Positions 1 to 15,743 of a DNA stretch of 64,000 bases are shown here, piece after piece. The stretch is from Eledone cirrhosa (taxonomy: Eukaryota). Position 1 is the stretch's first letter, and every line of letters starts with the position of its first letter. The position numbers and the translations under genes are program-made. The notes beneath the pieces were generated by a model. That model ran no database searches, had not been told where the DNA came from, and saw only the letters and a list, made by a program, of their open reading frames with translations. The DNA is taken from assembly GCA_964016885.1 (NCBI GenBank), contig OZ024747.1, positions 51,460,001-51,524,000 of the forward strand, given 5' to 3'.

Positions 1-480
1 AAGCAGAGGCGGTCTTTCTGTGCGTAATAGCCATGATGAAAGAGGTTGTGTGGTGGACGCGCCTGAAAGGTCTGAGGTCGGGTGACTTTCTCTCCGGCCA
101 TCACCTGGTTTACTTCTTCCGATACCACTTCGGAAGAAGAATCAGGATGGAGAGAGAAGTGCTTGGTCCCAGACAGTTTTATGAAAGGTGGGTGAAAGAA
201 GCGAGAATGGCCCGTGTAAATGGGCCTTCTCTCTACATTGTTCTGTAGGTGAAGAAGTGAAGAGGAAAGGGGGAGCGCCTCCTCTCTGGGCTTCCCCCGC
301 GAAAAGAGTTGCACACTTTTCGGGGGTATGTGCAATCCCCAACACGCCCCCTCCCTTTTGAGGACTTTTTATTGTTATATTATTATTGTTATTCCTTTTT
401 TCTTTACTCGATTTATGTAAACTCCCCCACTGTGTAAATGTCCCCTTCTTTTGTGCCCTCGTGGCAAATAAATAGAAATT
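1..480 (+). mobile_element. 3' end of Tx1/L1-clade LINE (ORF2 C-terminus + 3'UTR), followed by (TCTA)n
   Basis: Peptide MKEVVWWTRLKGL...FFRYHFGRRIRMEREVL...WVKEARMARVNG is homologous to the end of ORF 40518..41312. It ends ...GTGGCAAATAAATAGAAAT, then a (TCTA)n tract. Confidence 0.8.
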
Positions 481-508
481 TATCTATCTATCTATCTATC
501 TATCTATA

Positions 509-567
<59 letters not shown>

Positions 568-584
568 TACTCTCTCTTGAGGAT

Positions 585-660
585 GCCTTGTTATGTAAAC
601 TCCCCCCATTGTACTTGTCCCACTTGTGATGCCCTGGCGGCAAATATAAAGAAAGTTATC
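585..660 (+). mobile_element. Second short Tx1-like 3' terminus
   Basis: TATGTAAACTCCCCCC...TGTCCC...GCCCTGGCGGCAAATATAAAGAAA repeats 414-480. Confidence 0.6.
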
Positions 661-725
661 TATTACTCTCTCTCTAACCATTTATCTAGCTATTTGTCCA
701 ACTAATTACCTACCTACCTACCTAC

Positions 726-775
<50 letters not shown>

Positions 776-929
776 ATCTATGTACCTATACCCAGTCGCT
801 AGCTTACCTCAACAGACTAATGATTCATGATAAGTGTGTTCTATTACCATAGATAAATCAACATATCTGATATGGAAAGTTCATTACCTAAACCAGAAAC
901 GTCCATCACAGATAAAAACTTCTATCACA

Positions 930-1400
930 AATGTAGAACTTCTATCAAAGATACAGAACTTGTAATAAATTTGTAGCCGGCGTTCTCGCTCTCTACTCCT
1001 CGCTTCCAAACAATATTGGGCCGACATCTTTTTCTTCGTTCTTCAACCAGCCAGGTAATAACCTGATCAGTGTGTTTTGTCTCAAGGATACTGTAGATAT
1101 ACCATAACAATCGAAGGTTTTCTCTGCAGAATGTTGTTGGAACAAGAGATTGCTGTGATCTGAGGCTGATCTCTTCATTCTACACAAAATCATTCAATTT
1201 GACAGTCAATATTTTACGTAGACATTTCATGTCGCAATCAATGCGTCTTTTCGTATTTAATGATACGTTTAAGGGAGATGTATCTAGAATGTTTAGCAGG
1301 CTGAGCAATGAATTAAAAGTGCCTTGCTTTTCCATTTTTAGTGTTGGCCTAGCAAACCAAAACGCCATAAAACATCACTTACTTGTTGAAATACAATTGA
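930..1400 (-). pseudogene. Decayed RTE-clade LINE ORF C-terminal region
   Basis: KRRIDCDMKCLRKILTVKLNDFV*NEEI...VITWLVEERRKRCRPNIVW resembles RTE post-RT motifs (MxCLRxIL..W.D.VxNEE; GxRxRGRP..W). It contains an in-frame stop. Confidence 0.6.
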
Positions 1401-1577
1401 ATTTGTCTATTGAAATATTATTAATTTTTTTTAAAAAAGGAAGCCATTTTATAATCCATTTGTTTTTCGTGTCATTTTAGATATATTTTACAATATTTTC
1501 ACTCCTGACTGAAGGGTTAGAATTTCATTTTCACTGAAAAATAGGTCAGCTTTATATACGTGTATATACAATCCATA

Positions 1578-1634
<57 letters not shown>

Positions 1635-1635
1635 G

Positions 1636-1678
<43 letters not shown>

Positions 1679-1990
1679 ATACACATACATATATGCATAT
1701 ATACATACAGATATTCATGTATTCATAGATACCCACAAATATATTCACGCATACATATACATATGCCTTCATACATAGATACTCTCGCTCGCACACACAC
1801 GCGCACGAACACACACACATATATATATATATATATAAATACACACATACATATATGCATATATACATACACATATTCATTTATTCATACATACGAACAC
1901 ATACATGTATTCATACAAACATACATATGTATGTAAATATGCACGTATACACAGACATACATTCACACATGCGTAAATATATGGAGACAA

Positions 1991-2025
<35 letters not shown>

Positions 2026-2453
2026 CATATACATTTGTGTGAGAGAGTGTATTTATATATATGTGGAGTTGTGTGCATGTTTGTGTGTGTGTGTGGTTGT
2101 TTGTATGTGTAGATGTAGATATTTGTACATGTATTTTAATATCGACTCCTCTCGAAGTGTAAGCTACATACATATAAACAACAAAAATAAATAACCATAA
2201 GCCCCCACCCCACAAAGAAAAATATTAAATAGATATAAATGAATGAATGAATTCATATAAAAAATAAATATATAAAACTAGAAAGACAGATCTTTTAAAA
2301 TAGAGAGTAAAAAATACACATAAAAATATGATATAAAGAATAAAGCAAAGACAAATACAAAGAAACAAAAAACAACAACAACTAATACAATTGCACTGCC
2401 AATAATAAGTGAAAATATGTAAAAATTAAGGATGTAAAGACTTAATGTTTTAC

Positions 2454-2485
2454 CTCCCTTTGCTCTGTAGAGTTACATATTGTTT
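2454..2485 (-). other. Candidate 32-nt micro-exon
   Basis: On the minus strand a polypyrimidine tract and ...TTTGTACAG| precede AAACAATATGTAACTCTACAGAGCAAAGGGAG |GTAAAA. Support is splice signals only. Confidence 0.25.
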
Positions 2486-2606
2486 CTGTACAAACGCAGA
2501 ATAAAGAGAATAAAAGAAAGACCATCAACAGTGAAGAAAACGAGAAAAATATAAACAAAAGTTCGTTTGAATACACACACACTCACACATATATACATAC
2601 ATACCT

Positions 2607-2638
<32 letters not shown>

Positions 2639-3342
2639 GTATATGTGTGTGTGTGTGTATTTATTTATATTTGTGTGTATGTGTATAATATATATATAAT
2701 ATATATAATATACATATATATATTTATATGTATATATACATATAAATACATACATACTTAAACACACACACACATATGTATATATATATATATATATATA
2801 TGACACAAATAAATAAATGAATGAATATAATATAATAAAGGAATAGAATATTTTTGAGTGAAATAAAAATTTAAAAAAATGGCGTCCCTTCTTCGACAAC
2901 GATGTGTTTACTTGTTTAATTTTTCTATCAGAAAAACTGACAAGCAGCCAGGGTAATCTGTGACTACATGCATAAAATGTCAACAAAGGGGAAATTGTCA
3001 ATTTGATTAAATTTTCAGTAGGACGCCATTTTGTTGCAGTAGAAGCAGTATAGCTGACGTAATTTCCCTCTCTTCACATCGCAGTCAGCAAAAGTGGAAA
3101 GTGTGTGTTGTGAAGTTTGTCAATATTCGCGTGGAGTAAAGAATGGGTAGCAGGTGACGTTGGGGGCTGACGTTTAGGTGGGGAGATGAAGGAGGGAGTG
3201 GTGTATGGTGAAAAGAAGGTCTAATCTAATGCATATATATATATACCATATATATATATATATATTTACTTATTTATATGTATGTATATGATGATATACG
3301 CACATATATACGTATAATGGGTAATATATACATACACACATG

Positions 3343-3451
<109 letters not shown>

Positions 3452-3592
3452 GTGGGTCGTGGAGGGGGGCGTCGTATGTGTTAATTTGTGTGTGGGTGCG
3501 TTTGAATGTTTAAAAACATTTTTATATATGCTTAAACGTAGGAATTTTTTGCTTGTATGAATTTATCAAATTGAGTCGAGTCTGAAACAAGG

Positions 3593-3594
<2 letters not shown>

Positions 3595-3623
<29 letters not shown>

Positions 3624-3770
3624 TTTCTTTATTAACCACAAGGGTTTACATAAAGTAGACATTAAGGACAGTGCAGGACAATACAGGACGGTACTAATGG
3701 GCATTTCTGCGTGTAAAAAACAAAAACAGAGTATGTAACAAAAAAATAACAATGAAAAATTCCCAGTAAT
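3595..3770 (-). mobile_element. Tx1-like 3'UTR fragment with (TTA)n tail
   Basis: The minus strand ends ...CCCTTGTGGTTAATAAAGAAATCA(TTA)n, similar to 40195-40290. Confidence 0.6.
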
Positions 3771-3830
3771 AATAATAATAATAATAATAATAATATAGAT
3801 ATACGTTATATATATGTGTATATATGTATG

Positions 3831-3983
<153 letters not shown>

Positions 3984-4158
3984 ACATCCACATGCAGACA
4001 CACACACACACACTCACACACACACACATATATATATATATTAGTTTTGTTGTGTATTTGCCGCGTTTTCCATGCGTCAGCCTGGTTCTTTCTCTGTCTC
4101 TCACCATTTCAATCTCTCTCTATATAATATATATATATATATATGAATGCATGTATGC

Positions 4159-4192
<34 letters not shown>

Positions 4193-4473
4193 GTATATAT
4201 ATATGTATATATATATGTATATATATATATGTATGTATATAGATATATATTTATATATATGTGTGTATATATACATGCATATAGATAAATATATATATAT
4301 ATAAATATATAGATTATAAATGCATATATATAAATACATGCATACCCCCCCCCACACACACACATATATATGTGTGTGTGTGTGTGTGCGTCAAAAAAAG
4401 TAATATGTATATTTCTATACTTAATTTTTTATAGAGATCAAATTTTCCTTCACTTAAATACACCCCACCCCCT

Positions 4474-4579
<106 letters not shown>

Positions 4580-4870
4580 AATACATGTAAGCGCGCACAT
4601 ACACGCATAAACTCATTCTGTCACACATATAATATACATAACTTTCCTTTAAAAAAAGGTACAAAATAAAATTTAGAAAAAGGAAAGAGGAATATACAGA
4701 GCACTACAACCAGCAGCAGCAGCAGCAGCAGCAGAAGTAGCAGCAACACTAGCATCCCGACTTCATCCCACCATGAAACACCAGAAAAGAACTTTAATAA
4801 TAAAAATAATAAAATAATAAAAATAAATACAAAATTCCCCTCCCCACGAAAATTTCTCTCTCTCTCCCTC

Positions 4871-4951
<81 letters not shown>

Positions 4952-4956
4952 CTCTC

Positions 4957-5011
<55 letters not shown>

Positions 5012-5080
5012 CTCTCTCTTCATATATATATATATATATATGCATATATATATATATACATATATATATGTATATATCTC

Positions 5081-5135
<55 letters not shown>

Positions 5136-5142
5136 TTTATTT

Positions 5143-5207
<65 letters not shown>

Positions 5208-5217
5208 TATTTTATTT

Positions 5218-5279
<62 letters not shown>

Positions 5280-5554
5280 AAACCCCAAATTTCTATTCTC
5301 ACAAAGAAATCGTTTAATCCTGTCAATTGTGAAACATTGAAATTTTGTCTTCAAACAGGCTCCACTGCAGAGTCAGTTTCTTTACCATGTCAGGTCCTAT
5401 TATTATCTATTCTATTATAAATAGAATTCATGAAGTGATTTGACGTTCAATTCTGGCAACCACAGGTTGGTTGACTGAAACAGACAAAATATTTGTTACC
5501 AGGAACACACACACATATACATCAACATCAACAACAGCAACAACGTATATAAGT

Positions 5555-5845
5555 GTTAGACATCCGTTGGATCAAACCACGTGTGTTCCAGTTGTTTCAA
5601 TTATGGAAGATTCAGCTCGTGAAATTAACGTGTAATGTAGTAGTTCCTTGATGCCTGTCGCCTTAATGTGGTACGCAGGGAAATTTAGCGTGGCACAATG
5701 TATGACAAGGTTGACCCTTTGAATTACAGATGCAACTCATTTATACTAGTGAGGTGGAATGATACAACAGGAAATGTTACCTTCTGCAGGAACTCTACTC
5801 ACTGCCTTACAATTGTAAGCCAATCATCTTAACCATTAAGCCATA
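5555..5845 (-). mobile_element. Degenerate SINE-like interspersed repeat
   Basis: The minus strand starts TGGCTTAATGGTTAAG, a tRNA A-box-like head. The body resembles common cephalopod SINE sequence (recalled, not verified). Confidence 0.35.
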
Positions 5846-6497
5846 GCCTTTTAATAACAACAACATGACCAACAATAAAAACAATTAATAAAACCAAAAT
5901 GAAGGACTTTTTAAAACGCCATAGGTTGCGATGAATGTCAGATAGTATGGGTAATGGAAAGACCAATAAAAACATAGTTTCCTTTGTCAGTTCTGATGAG
6001 TGGATCGTTTCCTTTCTTTTCCTTGGCGTAACGCTGTGTTAAATCGTAAGGATCGGACGCCTCATTTTTTTATTGTATTTAATTGTTTTCTTTCCTTATA
6101 TATTCATTTTTCATTTTGTTTTTAAGAATGAATGACGTCTAAAGCAATAGGTTTGTAAATTGGGAGAGTCATCTGGATTATGTGTTACTAGTTGTTAATA
6201 AAAGTATCGAATGAGAACATACGCATACACATACATATATATATATATATATATACATACACATACACACACACATATATATATTTATATATATATATGC
6301 TTGTATATATACTAGCATGTATAGTGCATAGTAATGAAAGTTCTCGTCACTCCTGCATGCAATTCACAAACACATAAAGTAAAACAAAAATCACGCGCAG
6401 GCATATACTCGGAGACATACGCACACACGCTGCGCAAGAATACATACAATATATATATATAAATACACACATACACACACACACATATATACACACA

Positions 6498-6614
<117 letters not shown>

Positions 6615-7111
6615 AGATAAATTTGTTACAAGCAAGCAATTATCTTTTTATTTATTTTCAATGTGATTATATTTTTTTAAACACGTTCCAGTCTACTATA
6701 TAATTTGAATAAGATATCGTTCATAAGAATTATATTTGTAGTACATTAAAATGTTATATGTCCGTGAATAATCACTTCCTGTGCATTACTTCCGGTTTAT
6801 TACACCGAATATACTACTTCTCAATTATATGGAGGACGTATACAGTTTTGTCACCGAAAATTGATGTGCCATGTAATACCTACCGAAATGTCATGTCATG
6901 TGACACATCAATTGCGCAGTGATTCGATAAATGAAATATGCTGTCGAATTAGCAATGAGTGTAATGATGGTCTAGGAAAAGGATGTTTTACTCTGTCTAA
7001 CATTGTGGCTGAGCTGTTAACAAATTTAGTTCACAACTACTTCATGTTCGATACCACGAGCTGCCATATTGGTCAAGTTTGCTCCATCATAGCGCTATGG
7101 GTTATTAATAG

Positions 7112-7451
7112 CTCTTCTTCTTCTTCTTCTTCTTCTTCTTCTTCTTCTTCTTCTTCTTCTTCTTCTTCTTCTTCTTCTTCTTCTTCTTCTTCTTCTTCTT
7201 CTTCTTCTTCTTCTTCTTCTTCTTCTAAACACAACCCATTTTTTTATTTCCAGGCAACGAGAAATAGTGTGAAAAAGAGTGACTGACGAAGAAATATAAA
7301 GGTAGGATCGCCAGCTTATTCCTGAGAGAACCGTGGGTGGCAGAGTCCTCAAACACCTCTTCCAGTGGGTCCTGTCAGAAGCAATCATCTGCAACTGATC
7401 TGGCTGTCACCCCAAGCGAGACTGCCCAGGCTCATGGATGTTATCCAACCA
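7112..7451 (-). mobile_element. RTE-like LINE 3' end with (GAA)n tail, copy 1
   Basis: The minus strand encodes WLDNI...MIASDRTHWKRCLR, matching the RTE terminal A.DR..W(R/K) motif. About 225 bp are near-identical to 16586-16811, and both copies abut a (TTC)n tract. Confidence 0.7.
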
Positions 7452-7769
7452 TCTTCCTCGGGGTCTATACTTGGGTCTCACTTTTATTATCGACCTCGAA
7501 AGGATTAAAGGTAAAGTTGTTTATGAAGTCTACTCTGAAATTTATTCTGATGCAAACACTTGAGCATTATCTATGGTTTGACGATAGCACCCCTCTTATT
7601 TCCTCCAGTTTTAAAGAACCCCTAATATTTGTCACTGGAACTGAATTATCTCCTCTAATTTAAACGATGAAGATAGTAGTTCTAAAGAGGGAAGGTGAGA
7701 GGGAAGGAGAGAAGAGAGAGGTAGAAGTAAAGCTACATGTGTCAATGGTTAGCAAATTGTTGTTTTACA

Positions 7770-8540
7770 GTCAGCGATGGAATCATAATGGTGGCCTCCC
7801 CACAGCCCCGGTGGACAGAATGGAGGACGGCAAGGAAGACGCGCTGGAAAAAGCCATTCCAGCTCGTGGGGTCCACACCTGCGGCTGGCCAGCTCAGCGC
7901 CTATGGTGGTGAGTAAAGAAGTAGCCCTAGGGCCGATGACACTAGAAGTCTCCACTGACAAGGGTACAACCACAAACCTGTCAGAGAGCGACCGGTATTT
8001 GAAGCGTTTGTCATCCTCAGCACGGCGTGCAGCAGAACCTGGTTTAGTTGCAGACTACACCAGGTTGCGGCTGGAGAAAGTGTCGGTGGTAGCCCAGACG
8101 AGGGGTTTGCCACCGCGGAACGGGAAGATGGTCATGCCATCTGGCCTTTTGCAGTCCCCTCGGTCCAGCCCCACCGGCTTGAGCTGGGAAGGGATGCCTG
8201 CAGCGTCCAAGCCATGCTTTATGACCTCGTTGAGCGGAACATGACGTGGAAGGCGGCCGGCACTGTGGCGACAGGAAAGCGGGTGGCTGCCGAAAGAGTC
8301 CACGGTGGATCCACAGCAACATAGGTGTGGCTCGCAGATCCGGAGGCCGAGTCTCAAGGAAACGCCGATGCGCAGGCTATTGTTATCCAGCTGCGTGGCA
8401 GTAGAGAAGGAGGGCAAGGCAAGGAGCCAAGCACCACTGTGGGGTTTCGAGGCCACACGAAAATAGACAAGGCGGTGCTGGTCGAGCTGGCGTGTTAGCC
8501 TGTCTGAAGGCAGGCTACACTGGATGGCATCCCACATGCA
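7770..8540 (-). mobile_element. CRE-clade non-LTR retrotransposon fragment (zinc knuckle + restriction-like endonuclease), 5'-truncated
   Basis: Motifs SGAWLLALPS...LRLGL.ICEPH.CCCG..VD.FG.H.LSC..SAGR..RH..LN...KRPDGMT.FP..GGK.LVW, then KRFKY.SL...PLSVET and WLF/QR...ILSTG. Frameshifted GC-rich island. Confidence 0.8.
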
Positions 8541-10597
8541 ACACCAACAACATCAACAACAACACCAACAACAACAACACCAACAACACCAACAACAACA
8601 CGACCAGCAACAACAACAACAACACCAACAACACCAACACCAACAACACCAACACCAACAACACCAACAAAACCAACAACACCAACAACAACACCATCAC
8701 CAACAACACCAACAACATCAACACCAACACCAACAACACCAACAACACCGACAACAACAACAGCAACAACACCAACAACACCAACACCAACAACACCAGC
8801 AACAACACCATCACCAACAACACCAACAACACCAACAACACCAGCAACAACACCAACAACACCAACATCAACAACACCAATAACACCAACAACACCAGCA
8901 ACACCAACAACACCAACACCAACAACACCAACAACAACACCGACAACAACAACAGCAACAACACCAACAACACCAACACCAACAACACCAGCAACAACAC
9001 CATCACTAACAACACCAACAATACCAACAACACCAGCAACAACACCAACAACACCAACACCAACAACACCAACAACACCAGCAACAACACCAACAACACC
9101 AACAACACCAGCAACAACACCAACAACACCAACACCAACATCAACACCAACAACACCAACAACACCAACACCAACATCAACAACACCAGCAACACCAACA
9201 ACACCAACAACACCAACAACACCAGCAACAACACCAACAACACCAACACCAACATCAACAACACCAATAACACCAACAACACCAGCAACACCAACACCAA
9301 CAACACCAACAACACCAACACCAACAACAACAACACCAACAACACCAACACCAACAACACCAACACCAACAATACCAACAACACCAACACCAACAACAAC
9401 AACACCAACAACACCAACAACAACAACACCAACACCAACATCAACAACACCAATAACACCAACAACACCAGCAACACCAACACCACCAACACCACCAACA
9501 CCAACAACAACAACAACAACACCAGCAACACCAGCACCACCAACACCACCAACACCAACAACAACAACAACAACACCAACAACACCAACACCAACACCAC
9601 CACCAACACCACCAACACCAACAGCAACAAGACCAACACCACTAAAACCAACACCAACAACACCAACAACAACACCAATAACACCAACAACAACACCAAC
9701 AACACCAACAACACCACCACCACCAACACCACCAACAGCAACAACACCAACAACAACACCAATAACACCAACAGCAACAACACCACCACCACCAACACCA
9801 CCAACAGCAACAACACCAACAACAACACCAATAACACCAACAACAACACCAACAACACCAACAACACCACCACCACCAACAACACCAACAACAACACCAA
9901 CAACACCAACAGCAACAACACCAACAACAACACCAACACCAACAACACCAACACCAACAACACCACCAACACCAACAACACCAACAACACCAACACCAAC
10001 AACACCACCAACACCAACAACACCAACAACACCAACAACACCAACAACACCAAAACCAACATCAACATCAACACCAACACCAACAACACCAACACCAACA
10101 ACAACACCAACAACACCAACAACACCAACAACACCAACACCAACAACAACACCAACACCAACAACACCAACAACACCAACAACACCAACAACACCAACAC
10201 CAACAACACCACCAACACCAACAACACCAACAACACCAACACCAACAACACCAACAACACCAAAACCAACATCAACATCAACACCAACACCAACAACACC
10301 AACACCAACAACAACACCAACAACACCAACAACACCAACAACACCAACACCAACAACAACGCCAACACCAACAACACCAACAACACCAACACCAACAACA
10401 CCACCAACAACAACAACAACAACACCAACAACAACATCAACAACACCAACAACGCCAATATCAAAACCAGCAACACCAACAACACAAACAACAACACCAA
10501 AAACACCAACAACACCAACAACAACACCAACAACACCAACAACATCAACACCAACAACACCAACATCAACACCAGCAACACCAACAACACCAACAAT
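8540..10597. repeat. About 2 kb cryptic (AAC/ACC)n trinucleotide array
   Basis: Seen directly. It explains the Asn/Thr, Val/Gly and Leu/Val ORFs. Internal block duplications have 192 bp and 210 bp spacing. Confidence 0.95.
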
Positions 10598-11232
10598 AAC
10601 TACGACAGTAATATCATTACCATAAACAATTACTTCAGCATCGCTATAAGCGTCTACATCGATACTAAAGCAAGACGAGGCCATGTTAATTTGTGATATT
10701 TTCCATTCAATAATAAATTTTATGCATTCATTTAAATGAATATAATTAATTGTTATTACCATGGGAACTTGTTTGAAATGTTAGTGGCGGGAATGATTAT
10801 GATGGTAGAGGTAATGATGTTGATGATGGTGGTTGACCTGATGTATAGATTGTTGTAGTGGATGGTTGGGAAAACGATAATGATGGTGGTGCTGTTGAAA
10901 ATGATGATAATGTGATGGTCAGAAGTTTGGTGGTATTAGTGGGACTGAGGAATGATTGTAATGGTGCTGGTTTTATTGTTGGTTGTAGTAAGTGGTGTCG
11001 TTGTTATAAAGACACACGTGACATCGTTCTTAATGGATTGTAATCAGCTTAAAATTACAACTGAACCTTTCAATTTGATATGTTTCAAATGGTCATTCGG
11101 TGCATAGGTCTACTCCGGGCCACTGGAACACTTTCTGGTGATGACTATGATGATGATAACGTTAACGGCGACGGTGGCAATGGTTATGACAATGATGATG
11201 ATGATGATGATGATAACATTGATCGTGATGAC

Positions 11233-11274
<42 letters not shown>

Positions 11275-11394
11275 CACGGTGGATCCTCGATTGGTTTCCA
11301 CGATGAGTATTCAAATATAGAACTCATGAATCAACATTAATGTGGATGAGTATACCAAAGACATAACATGTCCCTTTATTTTGCAGCAAGCAAA

Positions 11395-11535
11395 GAGTTA
11401 CGGCCCTTTATGGCCTGAGTTCAAATCCCGCCAGGGTTAACTTTGCCTTTCATCCTTACGGGGTCGATAAAATAAAGTACCAGTAATGTATTGGGCAATT
11501 GCTGGTCTTGTGACAAAAGTAGAACAAATTATTAT
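11395..11535 (+). mobile_element. tRNA-derived SINE with Nin/Deu-like domain
   Basis: B-box GAGTTCAAATCCCG, followed by CTTTGCCTTTCATCCTTACGGGGTCGATAAAATAAAGTACCAG. Other copies occur in the window. Confidence 0.75.
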
Positions 11536-11543
11536 AACTACCT

Positions 11544-11750
11544 GACTGAGTTATTGTGACAAAATATGTTACAACCTAGGACCATTGAATAACAGGTTGG
11601 TGCAAACAACATTGTATTATGGGGCAGGTGACTTAGCTGGTGACTTGGCATTCCACAGACGCATGTGCCCCTAATGTAATCCGAAAATGTGACATAATAA
11701 ACAAGAATGCAGCTTGGAATTGCAGGTACAATCCAACCAAAAACGTTCAT
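11544..11750 (-). pseudogene. Exon-like segment resembling TM4-ECL2-TM5 of a secretin/adhesion-type GPCR
   Basis: VFGWIVPAIPSCILVYY...GTCVCGMP...MLFAPTCYSMVLGCNIF carries the GWxxP TM4 motif. Donor TCAG|GTAGTT. There is an in-frame TGA just upstream. Confidence 0.3.
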
Positions 11751-11814
11751 TCAAGAGTAAAGATACTTTCCCAATGTGGGTAGGCAACTTTTTACACATG
11801 TATGTATATATCAC

Positions 11815-13160
11815 CACCATCGCTACCTCTACCATAAATAAACCCTCACCAGCGCTACCTACACTAACACCACGTACAGCAACATTGACACCACTCCCAC
11901 CTACACCACCACCACCAACACCATCAAACCCACCGCCACCTACACCAACACCACAATCAGCAACGCCAACACCAAAGTCACCACAGCTTCCTACACCAAC
12001 ACCGCCATCAGTATCACCTACACCACCAACACCATCAGTCCATGCCATCAAACCCACCGCCACCTACACCACCACCAACACCAGCAACACCAACAACACC
12101 ACCACCACCACCACCAGTAACACCAACAACATCACCACCAACACCACCACCACCAACAACACCACCACCACCACCACCAGCAACACCAACAACACCAGTA
12201 CCACCACCACCACCACCACCACCAGTAATAGCAGCAGCACCACCGTCACCACCAGTAACTAAACAGCACCACCACCAGCAACAACAACACCACCACCACC
12301 ACCAACACCACCACCACCACCACCACCACCACCACCACCACCACCACCACCACCACCACTACTACCACCAACACCACCACCACTACCACCACCACCACCA
12401 CTACTACCACCAACGCCACAACCTCACCACCATCAACAACACCAGCACCACAACCACCACCACTACCACCACACACCACTACCACCACACACCACATCCA
12501 ACTCCCCCACCACGCCACCATCAACAACACCACCACCACTACCACCACCCATCACCACCAACTCCCCCACCACGCCACCATCAACAACACCACCACCATC
12601 ACCACCACTACCACCACCCACCACCACCAACTCCCCCACCACACCACCATCAACAACACCACCACCACCACCACCACTACCACCACCCACCACCACCAAC
12701 TCGCCCACCACGCCACCATCAACAACACCACCACCACTACCACCACCCACCACCACCAACTCACCCACCACGCCACCATCAACAACACCACCCACACCAC
12801 CACCACTACCCCACACACCACCACCAACTCCCCCACCACGCTACCATCAACACCACCACCACCACCACTACCACCACCCACCACTACCAACTCCCCCACC
12901 ACGCCACCATCAACAACACCACCACCACCACCACTACCACAACCCACCACCCACCACCACCAACTGCCCCCCCCCCCCCACTACCACCACCCATCACCAC
13001 CAACTCCCCCACCACGCCACCATCAACAACACCCCCACCCCCACCACTACCACAACCCCCCACCACCCCACCAACTGCCCCTCCCCACTACCACCACCCA
13101 TCACCACCAACTCCCCCACCACGCCACCATCAACAACACCACCACCACCACCACCACCAC
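11815..13160. repeat. (ACC)n-derived repeat including a ~55-65 bp minisatellite (CAACTCCCCCACCACGCCACCATCAACAAC core)
   Basis: The core recurs about 10 times in 12497-13140. Confidence 0.9.
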
Positions 13161-13339
13161 TTAGATGAACTAACACCAGATAAGGTAGAGAACATATTTT
13201 ACAATAATCAGTGTAACATCATTAAATCGAACTCTTTTGCAAAGATTTATTAATTTCTTCTCTTTAAAATCAATTAAATATTAACTCTTTGGATGTAGAG
13301 CGTCCTTATTATGTATGCTCACACTTTCATTCACTCGCT

Positions 13340-13407
<68 letters not shown>

Positions 13408-13545
13408 GTAAATACATAGATCATAGATATAAACATATGAGCATATATAAGTGTGTGTCCTGTCTAAAAGAATAAGACTAACGGAAAATGTATTTGCATA
13501 TATATATAATTCTGTATGAACACGCACATACACACTCGACGCATA

Positions 13546-13636
<91 letters not shown>

Positions 13637-14164
13637 GCATTTATATCTTTTATCTTCGTTTGCTTTTGTATCTGATAAGTCACCCTAAATGTCTTTATCT
13701 ATATTACTATAGTGTTCATATTATATTGTTGCTCTACACCCCCTCTCTCTCACACACACACATACACACAAAGAGATTATTTCTCCATTTATCTTTATAT
13801 TGCTCTTACTTTCTCTTTCACTTTTCCCAACACCACTTACAGAAAATAAATGTTTTCTGAGTTGATATTTAAAAGAACATTCGCCATTTTGAAATTTGTT
13901 GAAGTTGAAAATGTATGGAAAACTGTTTTATTTTTTGGGAAAACTTAGACAATAGGGCAGACAGAACAAGTACGATAAGATCAGACAAAATGAAAAGAAC
14001 TACCTTGAATTATGTTCAGAAAAGAATTAGATATATCAAAAGACTAGTTAGAACAATGGTAAATGAAGAAATTAAGAAAGAGAGATTGAAATCTCTAGCA
14101 GAATAAATGAAATCAGAGAATAGAGCGAAATACGAAATAACTTAACAATGTTTCTTTCTCGTTG

Positions 14165-14201
<37 letters not shown>

Positions 14202-14223
14202 TATGTGTGGGTGTGTGTGTGTG

Positions 14224-14280
<57 letters not shown>

Positions 14281-14433
14281 CTTACTGAACATTAAAAACT
14301 AGTGAAATAAAATAAATAGACGCTTATATATTCAAACTTACGCACACATATACACAAACACAAAAAAGCTCACACATATACAGGTATCCTATAGATATAT
14401 ACTTGTGTATAGTATGTATGCATGTATGTATAT

Positions 14434-14491
<58 letters not shown>

Positions 14492-14509
14492 TATATATAT
14501 GTATATATA

Positions 14510-14631
<122 letters not shown>

Positions 14632-15018
14632 TACATCCATAGATACAGACACGCATACATGCATACATGCATACATACATACACACATACACATATACAC
14701 ATATTCACACACACACACACACATATATATATGAGGTGTTTTGTAAGCATATTTGAAAAGTTTACAGTTTATTATTTGTTTTTCTAAGTTTAGCGTTCAA
14801 TTGTGTTTATGGTGTTTTTATTGTTTATTTGCTTGTTTTGTTTATTTATCATCTGTTGATAACGAATGGAAGGATTTGATTAAAACGTCAGGTAACATAG
14901 TTTTACCTGTTGTTTTTGTTGATCTTGTAATTGCTATGATTTTTTTAAAGGATGTTGTTTTTCTCGTTGTTGTTTACACTTTCCTAGTCGTAGCTGTTAT
15001 TTTTGTAATTATTCTTTC

Positions 15019-15084
<66 letters not shown>

Positions 15085-15499
15085 AATTTTCTCTCTGTCG
15101 TCGTTGTTGAAGTTGTAGTCGTTACTTTGGTTGTGTTAACGTCGTCAGCGACTTTTTGTTGTTGATGTTCTAGGTGTTTTCACGTTAGTTGTTGTCGTCG
15201 TTGCCGTTGTTGTTGTTGTTGTTGTCGTCGTCGTCGTCATCGTCGTTGTTGTTGTTGTTGTTGTTGTCGTCGTCGTTGTCGTCGTTGTTGTTGTTGTTGT
15301 TGTTAATTTTGTCGAGGTTTCTCTCCGTTTCCTTTCTTTTTGTTTAGCTTCGAAACAAAACTCTTCCAAATGAAACAAAATGAAAAGACAATCAAAAGAA
15401 AAAAATAGATAGAATACATAATTATGGGTGGTTGGAGGAAGGGGAGGTTATTTTCTATGTGAGTGGTGGTATGAGTAAAAGGGACTCAAAATGACTGTT

Positions 15500-15702
15500 G
15501 ATAGTGATAATGATGATGAAGATGATGGTGATGATGATGATGAGGATGGTGATGATGATGATGAAGATGATGAGAATGATAGCGGTGATGATGATTATGA
15601 TCATGATGATGATGGTGGTGATGATGATGATGATGACGATGATCGTGATGATGGTGATGATGATGGTGATGAGGATGATGGTGATGGTGATAATGGTGAT
15701 GC

Positions 15703-15743
<41 letters not shown>

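Noticed and set aside
2870-3035. YY1-like motifs (AAAATGGCG, CGCCATTTTG) suggesting a promoter
   Set aside because: Short motifs alone, with no linked ORF or other support.
8492-10762. 700-aa ORFs on both strands (Asn/Thr, Val/Gly, Leu/Val)
   Set aside because: They arise from a stop-free trinucleotide array, with no coding complexity or splice context.
11714-13253. Pro/His/Thr-rich (extensin- or mucin-like) ORFs
   Set aside because: Derived from (ACC)n simple repeats.
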